Numbered from the stretch's first letter, positions 1 to 8,280 are shown. The stretch is 47,447 nt of DNA from Lishizhenia sp. (GCA_007117055.1 SKHH01000038.1:1-47447), one strand, 5' to 3'. The notes: generated by a model not told the origin, from the letters alone. Numbers and translations are program-made.

Positions 1-449
1 AGTTCTGGTTTTTCATGGAAGAATAGTTTCACCTTTGCATTTTCAGAGATTTGTTCTTGGGAAGAGAAATTCATTTCCCAAACCTTTTGGTCTTGATGCC
101 ATTTTGTAACAAAGTATAAAAAGCCGTCAGAGTACCACCAAGTTTCAATACCATGTTGTTTTCCATTGACATAAGGGATTTCATACCTGTTTTGTCCGTT
201 TTCATGCCACCAAGTAGCAATGCCATGTCTTTGTCCATTGATATAAGGGATTTCACCCCTTTTATGTCCGTTGGGGTACCAATAAGTTTCAAGGCCATGT
301 ATTTGTCCGTTGACATAAGGAGTTTCATATCTCTTTTGTCCGCTGATATGCCACCAAGTTTCAATGCCATGTTTTTGTCCATTGACATAAGGGGTTTCAC
401 GTTTCTTTTTTCCGTTGGGATATGTGTATGTTTCAACTTTTGTTTTCAT
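1..449 (-). CDS. MORN-repeat (YwqK-like) protein, 3' end beyond window
   Basis: Hand translation from ATG at 449: MKTKVETYTYPNGKKKRETPYVNGQKHGIETWWHISGQKRYETPYVNGQIHGLETYWYPNGHKRGEIPYINGQRHGIATWWHENGQNRYEIPYVNGKQHGIETWWYSDG..., open to position 1. Absent from ORF track because there is no stop in the window. Confidence 0.8.
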   Translation of the reverse strand, partial: MKTKVETYTYPNGKKKRETPYVNGQKHGIETWWHISGQKRYETPYVNGQIHGLETYWYPNGHKRGEIPYINGQRHGIATWWHENGQNRYEIPYVNGKQHGIETWWYSDGFLYFVTKWHQDQKVWEMNFSSQEQISENAKVKLFFHEKPE

Positions 450-537
450 GTAAACTTTGGTGTTTCATGGAAGAACAGTTCTAATTCTGTATCTTCAAGG
501 ATTTACTGATGGAAAGTGAATTGTATTTGTCACTATA

Positions 538-849
538 TCAGTCTTCATGTTCTCTTGATGGGGCATTAGATTTATAGTTAAGTTTTAGTTTTTTCAGAAC
601 ATCCAGTGTTTTTTTGTTGTGTTGATTGGACTTAAAGTCTATATATTCAAAAACAGGACGTGTTTCCAAGAATTGGATAAGTCTTTTAGAAATGAAAATA
701 CGTTTATACCATGGTAGTTTCATGATGTGTACAATCATTTTTTCTGCTTCGATGTATCTTTTTTGTGACAACTCCAATTGAGTCAACATTTTATCGAAGT
801 TATTGGTCATTATTTGATTGTGCTTTTTATATACATCAGATTCTTGCAT
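538..849 (-). CDS. hypothetical protein
   Basis: ORF track 103 aa. Motif copy 941..975 lies 92 nt upstream. Confidence 0.6.
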   Translation of the reverse strand: MQESDVYKKHNQIMTNNFDKMLTQLELSQKRYIEAEKMIVHIMKLPWYKRIFISKRLIQFLETRPVFEYIDFKSNQHNKKTLDVLKKLKLNYKSNAPSREHED

Positions 850-940
850 CTTTCATTGGGTTTATAAGATTAAACGTTATTTTCTTCTGTTTGTTACAAA
901 GTAATTTTTAATTAAACTCTTTCAAAAAAAGTTTAATTAA

Positions 941-975
941 CAATGAGTTGGTGGGGAGAGTTTAGTGGATTTTAG
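941..975 (-). promoter_or_regulatory. intergenic motif copy
   Basis: caatgagttggtggggagagtttagtggattttag, abutted by the 10-bp palindrome arms 908..917/931..940. Confidence 0.6.
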
Positions 976-980
976 GGCAT

Positions 981-1010
981 AAAAAAAGCCAGACATTTCT
1001 ATCTAGCTTT
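981..1010 (-). terminator. rho-independent terminator
   Basis: aaagccaga/tctagcttt hairpin (G.U on the minus sense), then T7. Follows 1046..1525. Confidence 0.65.
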
Positions 1011-1045
1011 ACACATGAACTTTCTTATGTGTTTATGTGTGAGAG

Positions 1046-1525
1046 TTATTTTAGGTATACCATATCTACCAATTCAGATACTGGAGCACCTTCATTTAGT
1101 TTTTTAGCAAACTCTAAAAGAAGTTTAGCTTTCTTATTGCGATTACCTTCAATTTGCAAAGTAAATGCATTTATGCGGCTCTTCATGGTCATTTTGGTAA
1201 TGCCTTGAGATTGCATAATAGTTTCATTTCTTTGTCTTTGTTTAATATCCATTTGCACCAGTTCCCATAGGGAGAGTGTAGGATTTTCTTTTTTTTGTGT
1301 ATCGATGATTCGAATCACTCTAGTTGCAGGTATTAAACCATCTTCAATTGCTTTTAGAACTGGCTTTGGAGCTTCTGCTAATGAGATATATTTATAGACT
1401 GCTGGTTCAGATTTATCACATTTAGCAGCAATGTCTTTCACGCTCATTCCACGACGAAGTTTGAGGTCAAGAAAGTAACGACCTGCTTCTAGGGGGTTGT
1501 TGAAATTTTTTCTAATGTTAGGCAT
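1046..1525 (-). CDS. ParB/KorB-type HTH domain protein (no N-terminal ParB/Srx domain)
   Basis: RGMSVKDIAAKCDKSEPAVYKYISLAEAPKPVLKAIEDGLIPATRVIRI resembles the ParB central HTH plus the L..LP..v...l..g motif. Terminator follows at 981..1010. Confidence 0.6.
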   Translation of the reverse strand: MPNIRKNFNNPLEAGRYFLDLKLRRGMSVKDIAAKCDKSEPAVYKYISLAEAPKPVLKAIEDGLIPATRVIRIIDTQKKENPTLSLWELVQMDIKQRQRNETIMQSQGITKMTMKSRINAFTLQIEGNRNKKAKLLLEFAKKLNEGAPVSELVDMVYLK

Positions 1526-1672
1526 GGCTATATGTTTTATCTACTATCATAACTTTGAAACCTATAAAAAGTTCTTAAAAAGTTATGAACAATTTAAAGT
1601 TGATGCAAATTTACGATTTTTTTTGTAATAAACAATAAGATTATTAGTTTAATATGTTAAAAACAGCGAAAG

Positions 1673-1698
1673 AAAAAAGGGAGCTAAAATTAGCCCCC
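1673..1698 (-). terminator. rho-independent terminator
   Basis: gggagctaa/ttagccccc hairpin (G.U on the minus sense), then T6. Follows the ParB-like gene. Confidence 0.6.
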
Positions 1699-1731
1699 TC
1701 CTTTCAAACCACATATTGGTTTATTTGTTGC

Positions 1732-2655
1732 TTACGCCTCGTTTGAGACTTCAGCTCCAACCACCAGAGCGAGGATGTCTTGTTTCGAGGTATCACCTTT
1801 GAGTGCGGCATCCAATTGGATGAGCATTTTAGCTCCTTCTGTTGGCGAGTCTACAACTTCGCTGATAATTTCAGCTAATTTCTGGTTGTAGCTTTTCTCA
1901 GCAAAAGGCACTTTTTTGGTTTTCCCTTTTTTCAGGGTTGATTTGGTGGCTTTGGCTTGTTTCTTTTTGCCATTACCTTTCCCTGGGTTTGCTTGTGGCG
2001 CTTCTGCAGCTTGTGCTTTTGCATCTTCAATAGCCACATTGACAGATTCAATCAATTCCTCTTCACTTGAAGTTTCAGACATAATTTGTCGAACAGCTGT
2101 GAGGGAGATTTCATCATTCTGCACTTTCACTTGCACTTCTTGTGGTGCTTTAAAGAGAGAAGCATAGTTGTAGAAGGTGGCTTGTGAAATGTTCATCACA
2201 CCACACGTGTAGTCACGCACTTCTTTTGCAGTAGCTTCTGGGTTTTGTGCCAAGAAAGCATTCGACAGTGCGTCTGCCAATTCTGCATTTTCAACGTCTG
2301 TGAAAGACTTTCCACTGTTAGAAGTGGCTTGCTGCTCCAGACGGCTCAACAGGTCTTCAGAAGTTGGAATGAAAGGAAGAGAAGGAACCCCTGCTTTACG
2401 AGCGAGACGTACACGTCGTTCTCCATCGGTAATTACAATATTCCCAGTCTTACGGTCACGAAAACCTGTAACAGGAGGAATTTTGTAAGGGTCTTCTTGA
2501 AAGGTTCGAGCCAAACGGTCAGCCTCTAACTGGGTAATCCCAAAGTCTTTGCGTTTGTTGAAACCTTCTTCTACGACGAATTCGTCGATTTGCTTAAGAG
2601 TTGCCTTCTTGTAAGGCGCTGTCCCCTCAGGGATTTGGATTTGATTTTTGCTCAT
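1732..2655 (-). CDS. ParB-like protein (ParB/Srx N-terminal domain plus HTH)
   Basis: NIVITDGERRVRLARKAGVPSLPFI matches the ParB GERR box. Downstream NISQATFYNYASLFKAPQEVQVKVQNDEISLTAVRQI is HTH-like. Lys-rich linker. Terminator follows. Confidence 0.8.
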   Translation of the reverse strand: MSKNQIQIPEGTAPYKKATLKQIDEFVVEEGFNKRKDFGITQLEADRLARTFQEDPYKIPPVTGFRDRKTGNIVITDGERRVRLARKAGVPSLPFIPTSEDLLSRLEQQATSNSGKSFTDVENAELADALSNAFLAQNPEATAKEVRDYTCGVMNISQATFYNYASLFKAPQEVQVKVQNDEISLTAVRQIMSETSSEEELIESVNVAIEDAKAQAAEAPQANPGKGNGKKKQAKATKSTLKKGKTKKVPFAEKSYNQKLAEIISEVVDSPTEGAKMLIQLDAALKGDTSKQDILALVVGAEVSNEA

Positions 2656-2749
2656 GGCAATTTGAAATTAAATGGTTTGTATGAAAGTATACGAGAATTG
2701 AACTATAAAGTTACACTATATTCTCATTTTTTTTTTTCTTTTCTTTTTT

Positions 2750-3328
2750 CTACTTAAACACTTTAGGGTCAATGCCTAATGAAATGTAGTAGTCTTGCAT
2801 AAGGATTTTATATCCTTGCAGTTGCTGTTTTTGGATTGCTGCTACAATTAACTTGATAGCACTTGGTGGGTTTCCTGTTTTTTTGAACAGATTTGCGATG
2901 CTGCTTGCACCATATAATGTACTTATGTACATTTTCCCATCTTTTTCTATGAGCAACCCTTTTTTTGCGAGTTTCAACATTTCTTTTTGTTCAATAAAAT
3001 GGGAGACAGCAAAATCTAAGTTGTCATTCACTTCAAATGTACTGCCTGTGCCTGTGTCAATTTTGACTTTGGGCAGTTTTTTAAATTCTTCTTCTAACTT
3101 TAGAAGTAGTTGTCGGTTTTGTTTCAGTTTTGTAGACGGTTCATAATCACCGTTTGGTTTTCTATCAATAGAGCCAATGGGATTTACATCAGGCATTCCG
3201 CCATTTCCATCATCATAGTAATTAGCAATTTGTTTCCCTTGGTATTTTACAACACAACGAATTACTGTCCCTTCATGCCCTTCCATGGTTTGCATTTTCG
3301 AAAATGTTACTGGTATTCCTTTATACAT
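2750..3328 (-). CDS. hypothetical protein (start corrected)
   Basis: Track ORF 2750..3427 reads through motif copy 3357..3387. First ATG after the motif is MYKGIPVTF at 3328. Confidence 0.6.
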   Translation of the reverse strand: MYKGIPVTFSKMQTMEGHEGTVIRCVVKYQGKQIANYYDDGNGGMPDVNPIGSIDRKPNGDYEPSTKLKQNRQLLLKLEEEFKKLPKVKIDTGTGSTFEVNDNLDFAVSHFIEQKEMLKLAKKGLLIEKDGKMYISTLYGASSIANLFKKTGNPPSAIKLIVAAIQKQQLQGYKILMQDYYISLGIDPKVFK

Positions 3329-3356
3329 TGGGATATTGTTTTTGGGTTTGTGATGG

Positions 3357-3387
3357 CAATGAGTTTCAAGGGAGAGTTTGGTTATCC
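3357..3387 (-). promoter_or_regulatory. intergenic motif copy (block 1 degenerate)
   Basis: caatgagtttcaagggagagtttggttatcc. Confidence 0.5.
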
Positions 3388-3690
3388 TTTTTCTATTAAC
3401 CTTATAGAATTCATCTGTGAATGCCATATTCTCGCTTCCCTTTTACCAACTTTTCCATTAGAATTAAAAAGGCGAACCATGTAATATTGTGGATACACAC
3501 CTGAAAACTCTATCATAAAAATCAAGCCTTTTCTCACAGTTGTACCATCCACCCATTTAATGGTGTCTCCAATGTCAAAGCCATGTTTTTCAACAAAATT
3601 ACGTTCATTTATTATTCTTTGCTTTCTTCTGTTTTCAGATAGCAATTCGATGAGGCTTTGTTCTTCTTGTTGAAGTTGTTCTAAATTCAT
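3382..3690 (-). CDS. hypothetical protein
   Basis: ORF track 102 aa. Stop lies inside motif copy 3357..3387. Confidence 0.65.
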   Translation of the reverse strand: MNLEQLQQEEQSLIELLSENRRKQRIINERNFVEKHGFDIGDTIKWVDGTTVRKGLIFMIEFSGVYPQYYMVRLFNSNGKVGKREARIWHSQMNSIRLIEKG

Positions 3691-3703
3691 ATCTCAAATA
3701 AAT

Positions 3704-3747
3704 TAACAAAAATATAAGTGAATGATACTTGACCATTCACTTATATT
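3704..3747 (-). terminator. rho-independent terminator, T-tract doubles as a TATTTTTG (TAnnTTTG) box
   Basis: 14-bp hairpin aatataagtgaatg/cattcacttatatt. Minus-sense TATTTTTG at 3707..3714, 16 nt from ATG 3690. Confidence 0.6.
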
Positions 3748-3757
3748 TGTTTGGTTA

Positions 3758-4066
3758 TTAAATCAGGTCGAGTAGTTGTCGGACGGTCAAACCGTTATTC
3801 TCGAATGCTTCTAAGAAAGTAACATTCAAATCTTCCACTTCAACTGAATCGTCAATTTCAGCTTGTGTTTCCAGACGTGCCAGTACATCAACGGTAAATT
3901 CATCCATACTCAACAATTGCGACAAGTTATGGACTCGTAGTCGTTCTACCAGTTGCCCTACTTGAGCGGCAAGGGCTTCAAATTCTTGTGATGGGTCATT
4001 TTCAGTCCAGTCAGCACTTGCGTTTGCGATAAGAACTTTTTGAAATTGGAGTAATTGGGTTTTCAT
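3758..4066 (-). CDS. hypothetical acidic protein
   Basis: ORF track. Motif 4091..4125 is 24 nt upstream. 14-bp terminator hairpin downstream. Confidence 0.7.
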   Translation of the reverse strand: MKTQLLQFQKVLIANASADWTENDPSQEFEALAAQVGQLVERLRVHNLSQLLSMDEFTVDVLARLETQAEIDDSVEVEDLNVTFLEAFENNGLTVRQLLDLI

Positions 4067-4090
4067 GGGAATAAGTATTGATTATGACTA

Positions 4091-4125
4091 CAATGAGTTG
4101 ATGGGGAGAGTTTGGTGGATTTTAG
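4091..4125 (-). promoter_or_regulatory. intergenic motif copy (consensus-like)
   Basis: caatgagttgatggggagagtttggtggattttag, 24 nt from ATG 4066. Contains the TAA of 4122..4568. Confidence 0.7.
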
Positions 4126-4568
4126 AAGCGAGTTTCTACTGCATAGATAGCATTAAACTCTTCCAAAGATATTTCAACCACCTTCTCCAAGGTAAGGGCA
4201 ATTTCTCCACCAAAAAAGTACCAACAATTACCTTGACATTCCACATTCTCATCATGGTAAAATTCAGAGGCTATGTTATGAGACATTTCTTCTGCCTCTT
4301 CGAGTGAAGATGCTATCAGGGTGCTTTTATGGTAGTACTGCCGTTCTCCATTCTGCTCTTTAAAGACACGAAAGAAATGTTTCTCATTAGGATTTTCAGG
4401 TTCTAACAATGTAACTTCTTTACAAGAAATGCCAGATGGATTAACCCATTTCATTTCACTAGACACTGCATCTTCTAAGTTGTAGTCTTCAAGTTCATTT
4501 CCTGCTTCAAGGAAATTCTTTTTTAGAACTTTTTCATTGACGTCACAGCGAATTGACACTTTGTTCAT
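4122..4568 (-). CDS. hypothetical protein (start corrected)
   Basis: Track start 4601 lies in the leader or motif. ATG MNKVSIRCD at 4568. Stop inside motif 4091..4125. Confidence 0.7.
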   Translation of the reverse strand: MNKVSIRCDVNEKVLKKNFLEAGNELEDYNLEDAVSSEMKWVNPSGISCKEVTLLEPENPNEKHFFRVFKEQNGERQYYHKSTLIASSLEEAEEMSHNIASEFYHDENVECQGNCWYFFGGEIALTLEKVVEISLEEFNAIYAVETRF

Positions 4569-4598
4569 AATATAAGTTTTAAGGGGGTTTCTATTTAA

Positions 4599-4633
4599 CA
4601 ATGAGTTGATGGGGAGAGTTTGGTGGATTTTAG
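4599..4633 (-). promoter_or_regulatory. intergenic motif copy (identical to 4091..4125)
   Basis: caatgagttgatggggagagtttggtggattttag. Confidence 0.7.
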
Positions 4634-5103
4634 TCCACCAGTTTTTGGTAATGATTTAAAAGTGCTTGTTTTTCCTTTTTCTCAAGTGAGTCTCCAAATT
4701 CGTCTCTTATAGACTCAATCAAGTCTGCACGGGAATCAAAAAAATCTTCTATTACTTCATCTGGCGATACAATGTCATTCACTTGACATAAGTCAAACAA
4801 TTCTTTAAGCGTCCAATCTTCCAATGGGCTGCAACATAGTTGCTCGATATGAGAAACATCTTCTTCCAGAATGGTTATAGACTGGTCAAGCTCAGAAAGT
4901 TCTGAATTGAAGAAGTTTTTTTTATCTAAGAAGAAATAGATTTGTTCATCTATTTTTTCTGCTTCTGGTGAGGTGTCCATGTTTTGAATTAACAAGTCTT
5001 CAAGTTCTGTGGTAGACACAATCACATCAAGGATTACATCATCTTCTTGAAGATGTATTTTAAGGTGACGTGTTGGGAATTTTTTTTCTTTGTAAGAAAT
5101 CAT
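4630..5103 (-). CDS. hypothetical acidic protein (start corrected)
   Basis: Track start 5136 is in the leader. ATG MISYKEKKF at 5103. Leader is paralogous to that of 4122..4568. Confidence 0.7.
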   Translation of the reverse strand: MISYKEKKFPTRHLKIHLQEDDVILDVIVSTTELEDLLIQNMDTSPEAEKIDEQIYFFLDKKNFFNSELSELDQSITILEEDVSHIEQLCCSPLEDWTLKELFDLCQVNDIVSPDEVIEDFFDSRADLIESIRDEFGDSLEKKEKQALLNHYQKLVD

Positions 5104-5163
5104 GGGGAAATGGTTTAAGGGGTTTCTATTTAGCAATGAGTTGATGAAGAGAGTTTGGTGGGT

Positions 5164-5586
5164 TTAAATATTTCCTAGATATTGTGAAGGCTTGGCTCCT
5201 TGTCCTTTCTTCTCTTCAAACAATTGAAGCAATTCGTGGCAGATTTGCCGTCCAGAACGGTTTCTTGGGTCTGTAAACCTGCAGCTTGATTGGTTGGTAT
5301 CTTCTGGATTTTCAATTTTTTCTGCGAGTGTTTCTATTATTAGAAGCATCATACGAACAAAATTTTGTTCTAGTGTACGATGACCAGTTGCCAGCACCAT
5401 TGCTTGCATCATAATTTCGCCATTTACTTTGCTACTACTATTGAGTGCATTGCCAATTTTATCAAAGGCTTCGAACAGTTCTTCGGTTTGCTTTACTTCC
5501 CAAGGGTGTAAATATTCTGTTCCATCTTCATTGAGTTGAAACAAATTTTTTTCTGTGAGATAATTGATAAATGCCTGCTTGTCCAT
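5164..5586 (-). CDS. hypothetical protein
   Basis: ORF track. Motif copies at both ends. Confidence 0.7.
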   Translation of the reverse strand: MDKQAFINYLTEKNLFQLNEDGTEYLHPWEVKQTEELFEAFDKIGNALNSSSKVNGEIMMQAMVLATGHRTLEQNFVRMMLLIIETLAEKIENPEDTNQSSCRFTDPRNRSGRQICHELLQLFEEKKGQGAKPSQYLGNI

Positions 5587-5639
5587 GCTGTTGGGTTTTA
5601 ATTATTCTTAATGAGTGTACAAGATGAGGTTTGGTGGAT

Positions 5640-5906
5640 TTAATCTATTTCTTGGTTGCCATTTTTGTCTGTGGTGATAACTTCTGCTCCTTGGAGAGAA
5701 ATTGTACCTTCAGATTTAACGCCTGATTCATGAATAACAAAAATCCCATTGGTATATGTGTTGGCATCTTCTGGCGCTAATCCTTCTTCGGTGTCCTGCG
5801 CTTGGCTCATTAGACCTCTTACGGCTTTATGAGCTATTTCAGGTATTTGGGAAGCAGAAACTGCATCTTCAAATTCAATTGTAAGGATAAAACTTACTTT
5901 TTTCAT
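5640..5906 (-). CDS. hypothetical protein
   Basis: ORF track. Motif copies at both ends. Confidence 0.7.
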   Translation of the reverse strand: MKKVSFILTIEFEDAVSASQIPEIAHKAVRGLMSQAQDTEEGLAPEDANTYTNGIFVIHESGVKSEGTISLQGAEVITTDKNGNQEID

Positions 5907-5961
5907 GGGGATAAGTGTTTAATTTGGTTGCAATGAGTTATGGATGAGTGTTTGGTGGATT

Positions 5962-6336
5962 TTAGTATTCAACATCATCTTCGGTTTCATCATTCCATTT
6001 TTCTTCTGTAATGATATACCCCATTCTGTTAACAATATGCAACCCTTTTGAAATGTACCAGATAGGCTCTAAACCTTGTTCTACTGCTTCATTTTGCGCC
6101 TTTCCACAGCAACAAACTTCTTCTTGTTCATTACAATCACACTTAAAGTTATCAACAAAAGTGTCATAAGGATTGTCATCGTTGACAATAACTGTCCAAA
6201 TGTTGCGTACATCTTGTTCTAAAACAAAAGCAAGTTCTTCTCCATAGGTTTCAAACACAATTCCGTCTATGGGTGTTTCTGGGTTGAGATGATTTTGGAT
6301 TGGTTTAAAGTGTTTTTCGAAATCTTCGTATTGCAT
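5962..6336 (-). CDS. hypothetical Cys-cluster protein
   Basis: ORF track. Contains CDCNEQEEVCCCGK cluster. Motif-flanked. Confidence 0.7.
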   Translation of the reverse strand: MQYEDFEKHFKPIQNHLNPETPIDGIVFETYGEELAFVLEQDVRNIWTVIVNDDNPYDTFVDNFKCDCNEQEEVCCCGKAQNEAVEQGLEPIWYISKGLHIVNRMGYIITEEKWNDETEDDVEY

Positions 6337-6386
6337 GATGATGGTGTTTATGTCTTTAATGAGTTAATAGGGAGAGTTTGGTGGAA

Positions 6387-7007
6387 TTAAAATCGTTCCT
6401 GAAGGTTCAGTTCTACAGCAAACTTTTCCATCTTATTTTTGGCTCGATGCAATTGTATTTTTACTGTACCGATTGGTTTCCCAATAATTTCTGCAATTTC
6501 ATCGTATGAAAGTTCTTCAAAATAACGCAATTCAATGATTTTTTTCATTTGAGGAGATAGCATATCTATCAAGTCACGCACCATGTCTTTACGTGCGTTT
6601 ATGTGAATCGCTTCCTCTGGGTTTGGTTCCGAATCTTTCAGGCTCATCATTAATTTATGAGAACGAAGATTATTATCAGCTACTTCATTGGTCAATGGGT
6701 CTTTTAAAGACACAATATCCAGTTTTCTTTTACGTTTCACGTCGATGACGTGGTTGTTAGCGATTTTGAACACCCATGTAGAAAACGCTTTAGTAGGTTG
6801 ATATTGGTCAATGTGAGAGAAAACTTTTTCCCAAACTTGTTGCACAATATCCTCTGCTTCTTCAACTTGTCGCACCATTTTAGAAACAAAAAACAAGAGG
6901 CTACGATTAAATCGTTTTACCAACAGTTGGCTTGCTATGTTTTTTTCGCGTTCTGTGCTGTTTCCTTGGAGAATAGCAACTTGGGCTTCTACATTCAATT
7001 CTTTCAT
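6387..7007 (-). CDS. RNA polymerase sigma factor, sigma-70 family, ECF-like (group 4)
   Basis: Region 2: AEDIVQQVWEKVFSHIDQY...FSTWVFKIANNHVIDVKRKRK. Region 4: LSPQMKKIIELRYFEELSYDEIAEIIGKPIGTVKIQLHRAKNKM. Motif copy 7013..7046 lies just upstream. Confidence 0.9.
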   Translation of the reverse strand: MKELNVEAQVAILQGNSTEREKNIASQLLVKRFNRSLLFFVSKMVRQVEEAEDIVQQVWEKVFSHIDQYQPTKAFSTWVFKIANNHVIDVKRKRKLDIVSLKDPLTNEVADNNLRSHKLMMSLKDSEPNPEEAIHINARKDMVRDLIDMLSPQMKKIIELRYFEELSYDEIAEIIGKPIGTVKIQLHRAKNKMEKFAVELNLQERF

Positions 7008-7012
7008 ATCTA

Positions 7013-7046
7013 CAATGAGTTGCTGGGGAGAGTTTGGTGGATTTAA
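7013..7046 (-). promoter_or_regulatory. intergenic motif copy upstream of the sigma-factor gene
   Basis: caatgagttgctggggagagtttggtggatttaa, 5 nt from ATG 7007. Confidence 0.7.
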
Positions 7047-7444
7047 AGTTCTTCAAAAAGTGGTTTAATTGCTATTACATTTTCTCGTCGCTCTATCATA
7101 ACCCGAAAACGCCCAAACTTAGCATCATAAACTTCATGTGTTTCAATAGATTCATCTAACACAATCGGTTTTTGATTTTTATTCTTAGAACTCCAATCAC
7201 TCATTAAGTGATTAAGGTCAAGAACATCAAAAGAAACAACCTCTATTGGGGTTTGATTTACTGTTTCAACAGGATAAACTTGGACACCTTCTCGTGTGAG
7301 ATACTGGATATAACCTCCTTCCAAAACTTCTCCATAGTTAATAATGGAAGTCATGTTAACTTTACGCTTACCTTCTGGTGTTGATTTTGATTTATAAATC
7401 TCCATCAAGATAAGGTGAGTATTAGATGTATTTAGTCGATTCAT
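7043..7444 (-). CDS. hypothetical protein
   Basis: ORF track. Motif-flanked. Confidence 0.7.
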   Translation of the reverse strand: MNRLNTSNTHLILMEIYKSKSTPEGKRKVNMTSIINYGEVLEGGYIQYLTREGVQVYPVETVNQTPIEVVSFDVLDLNHLMSDWSSKNKNQKPIVLDESIETHEVYDAKFGRFRVMIERRENVIAIKPLFEEL

Positions 7445-7480
7445 ATCTACAATGAGTTATGGATTGGAGTCTGGTGGGTT

Positions 7481-7921
7481 TTAGAGAGCATTTAAGTCTC
7501 CGTCAAAATATGTGGGATTTTCGATATCATCCCCAAAATATAATTGCAATGGCACATTTGGGAATGCTGTTTCAGCTTCTTTTTGCGTTCCAAATACCCC
7601 GAAAGAAGGAAAGTTGGCAGCAATCACATCTGAGTGAGATAAATCGGGTTGCCAATAGCTTTCAACTTCCTCTGCGATATTTACTTTGGAAATGAATACC
7701 CAATCATTCATCCCTACTGTTTCTTCTAAGTTATATGCAAGCAAAAAATCTGATACTGAATATGCATTACCTAATGATGCTGCTCGTTGCATGAACTCAA
7801 AAGCTTCTTTTGGCATTTTGCCGCCTGCATCTTCAATTTCAGACCATTCTTGAATGGTATAAGCATCGGTGCTAACTTTGTCGTCATCTGCACTTAAAAC
7901 GTAAACTGTAAGATTTTTCAT
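7481..7921 (-). CDS. hypothetical acidic protein
   Basis: ORF track. Motif-flanked. Confidence 0.7.
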   Translation of the reverse strand: MKNLTVYVLSADDDKVSTDAYTIQEWSEIEDAGGKMPKEAFEFMQRAASLGNAYSVSDFLLAYNLEETVGMNDWVFISKVNIAEEVESYWQPDLSHSDVIAANFPSFGVFGTQKEAETAFPNVPLQLYFGDDIENPTYFDGDLNAL

Positions 7922-7957
7922 GTCTACAATGAGTTATAGGTTTGAGTCTGGTGGGTT

Positions 7958-8200
7958 TTAGAGATATTCTTCTCCATAAACCTCTACCAACTTTTCTATG
8001 ATGGCGTTTTCTGCTTCTTGTGGATTGTTGGCTTCTTGAGAAAAAAGAGAGGCTATGCTATAAATTGTTTCTGGGTCGCCTTGATTCCAGTCATGTTTCT
8101 CATCTTCTCCTGTCCGATAGAGATGATTTTTGTTTTTTTTGCGTTCAGCCTCATTTAAAGACATTTGTACAACTTGCTCTATAGACAAAAACGTTTCCAT
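7958..8200 (-). CDS. hypothetical protein
   Basis: ORF track. Motif 8219..8252 upstream. Confidence 0.7.
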   Translation of the reverse strand: METFLSIEQVVQMSLNEAERKKNKNHLYRTGEDEKHDWNQGDPETIYSIASLFSQEANNPQEAENAIIEKLVEVYGEEYL

Positions 8201-8218
8201 TGGGTTTATTTTTTTGAG

Positions 8219-8252
8219 AATGAGTTATGGATTGGGGTTTGGTGGATTTTAG
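8219..8252 (-). promoter_or_regulatory. intergenic motif copy
   Basis: aatgagttatggattggggtttggtggattttag. Confidence 0.65.
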
Positions 8253-8280
8253 GGCCAAGAAAAAAATAATTGAAATTTTT

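Noticed and set aside
71-509. Track ORFs 71..436 (minus) and 153..509 (plus)
   Set aside because: Both are shadow frames of the 69-nt-periodic MORN repeat DNA. The third frame (ATG 449, open to position 1) gives canonical MORN repeats, and these two give low-complexity repeats with no start context.
1606-1613. TAAATTTG (TAnnTTTG) box upstream of the ParB-HTH gene 1046..1525 as a host-type promoter
   Set aside because: There is no TTTG -33 partner at the expected 19-21 nt spacing, and the implied leader is 74 nt. An AT-rich intergenic region will contain such 8-mers by chance, so it is not listed as a feature.
2203-2210. ACACGTGT palindrome inside the ParB-like gene as a possible parS half-site
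   Set aside because: It is only 8 bp, lies inside coding sequence, and has no second copy seen nearby. This is compatible with chance.
1916-2529. Plus-strand track ORFs 1916..2167, 2245..2529 and 2300..2488 inside the ParB-like gene. Many similar plus ORFs exist (for example 2853..3484, 6750..7046, 7459..7695, 11078..11287, 13762..13956, 17315..17503, 17754..18002, 18438..18620, 18912..19178, 20480..20704, 23195..23416, 23849..24040, 25267..26220, 27527..27751, 28233..28707, 29786..29971, 30185..30367, 31016..31225, 31870..32079, 33312..33632, 36332..36599, 39170..39634, 40071..40271, 41214..41774, 42413..43031, 45034..45237)
   Set aside because: They lie antisense to better-supported minus-strand genes, lack any upstream motif in plus orientation, and translate to low-complexity Phe/Leu/Ser-rich sequences typical of antisense reading of A-rich coding DNA.
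4105-4120. The plus-strand form GGGAGAGTTTGGTGG contains AGAGTTTG, the first 8 nt of bacterial 16S rRNA, so the mRNA could pair with the 16S 5' end
   Set aside because: Only 8 nt match and then the sequences diverge (GTGG versus ATCC). The 16S 5' end is buried in helix 1 and the central pseudoknot. An 8-mer coincidence within a T/G-rich consensus is not compelling.
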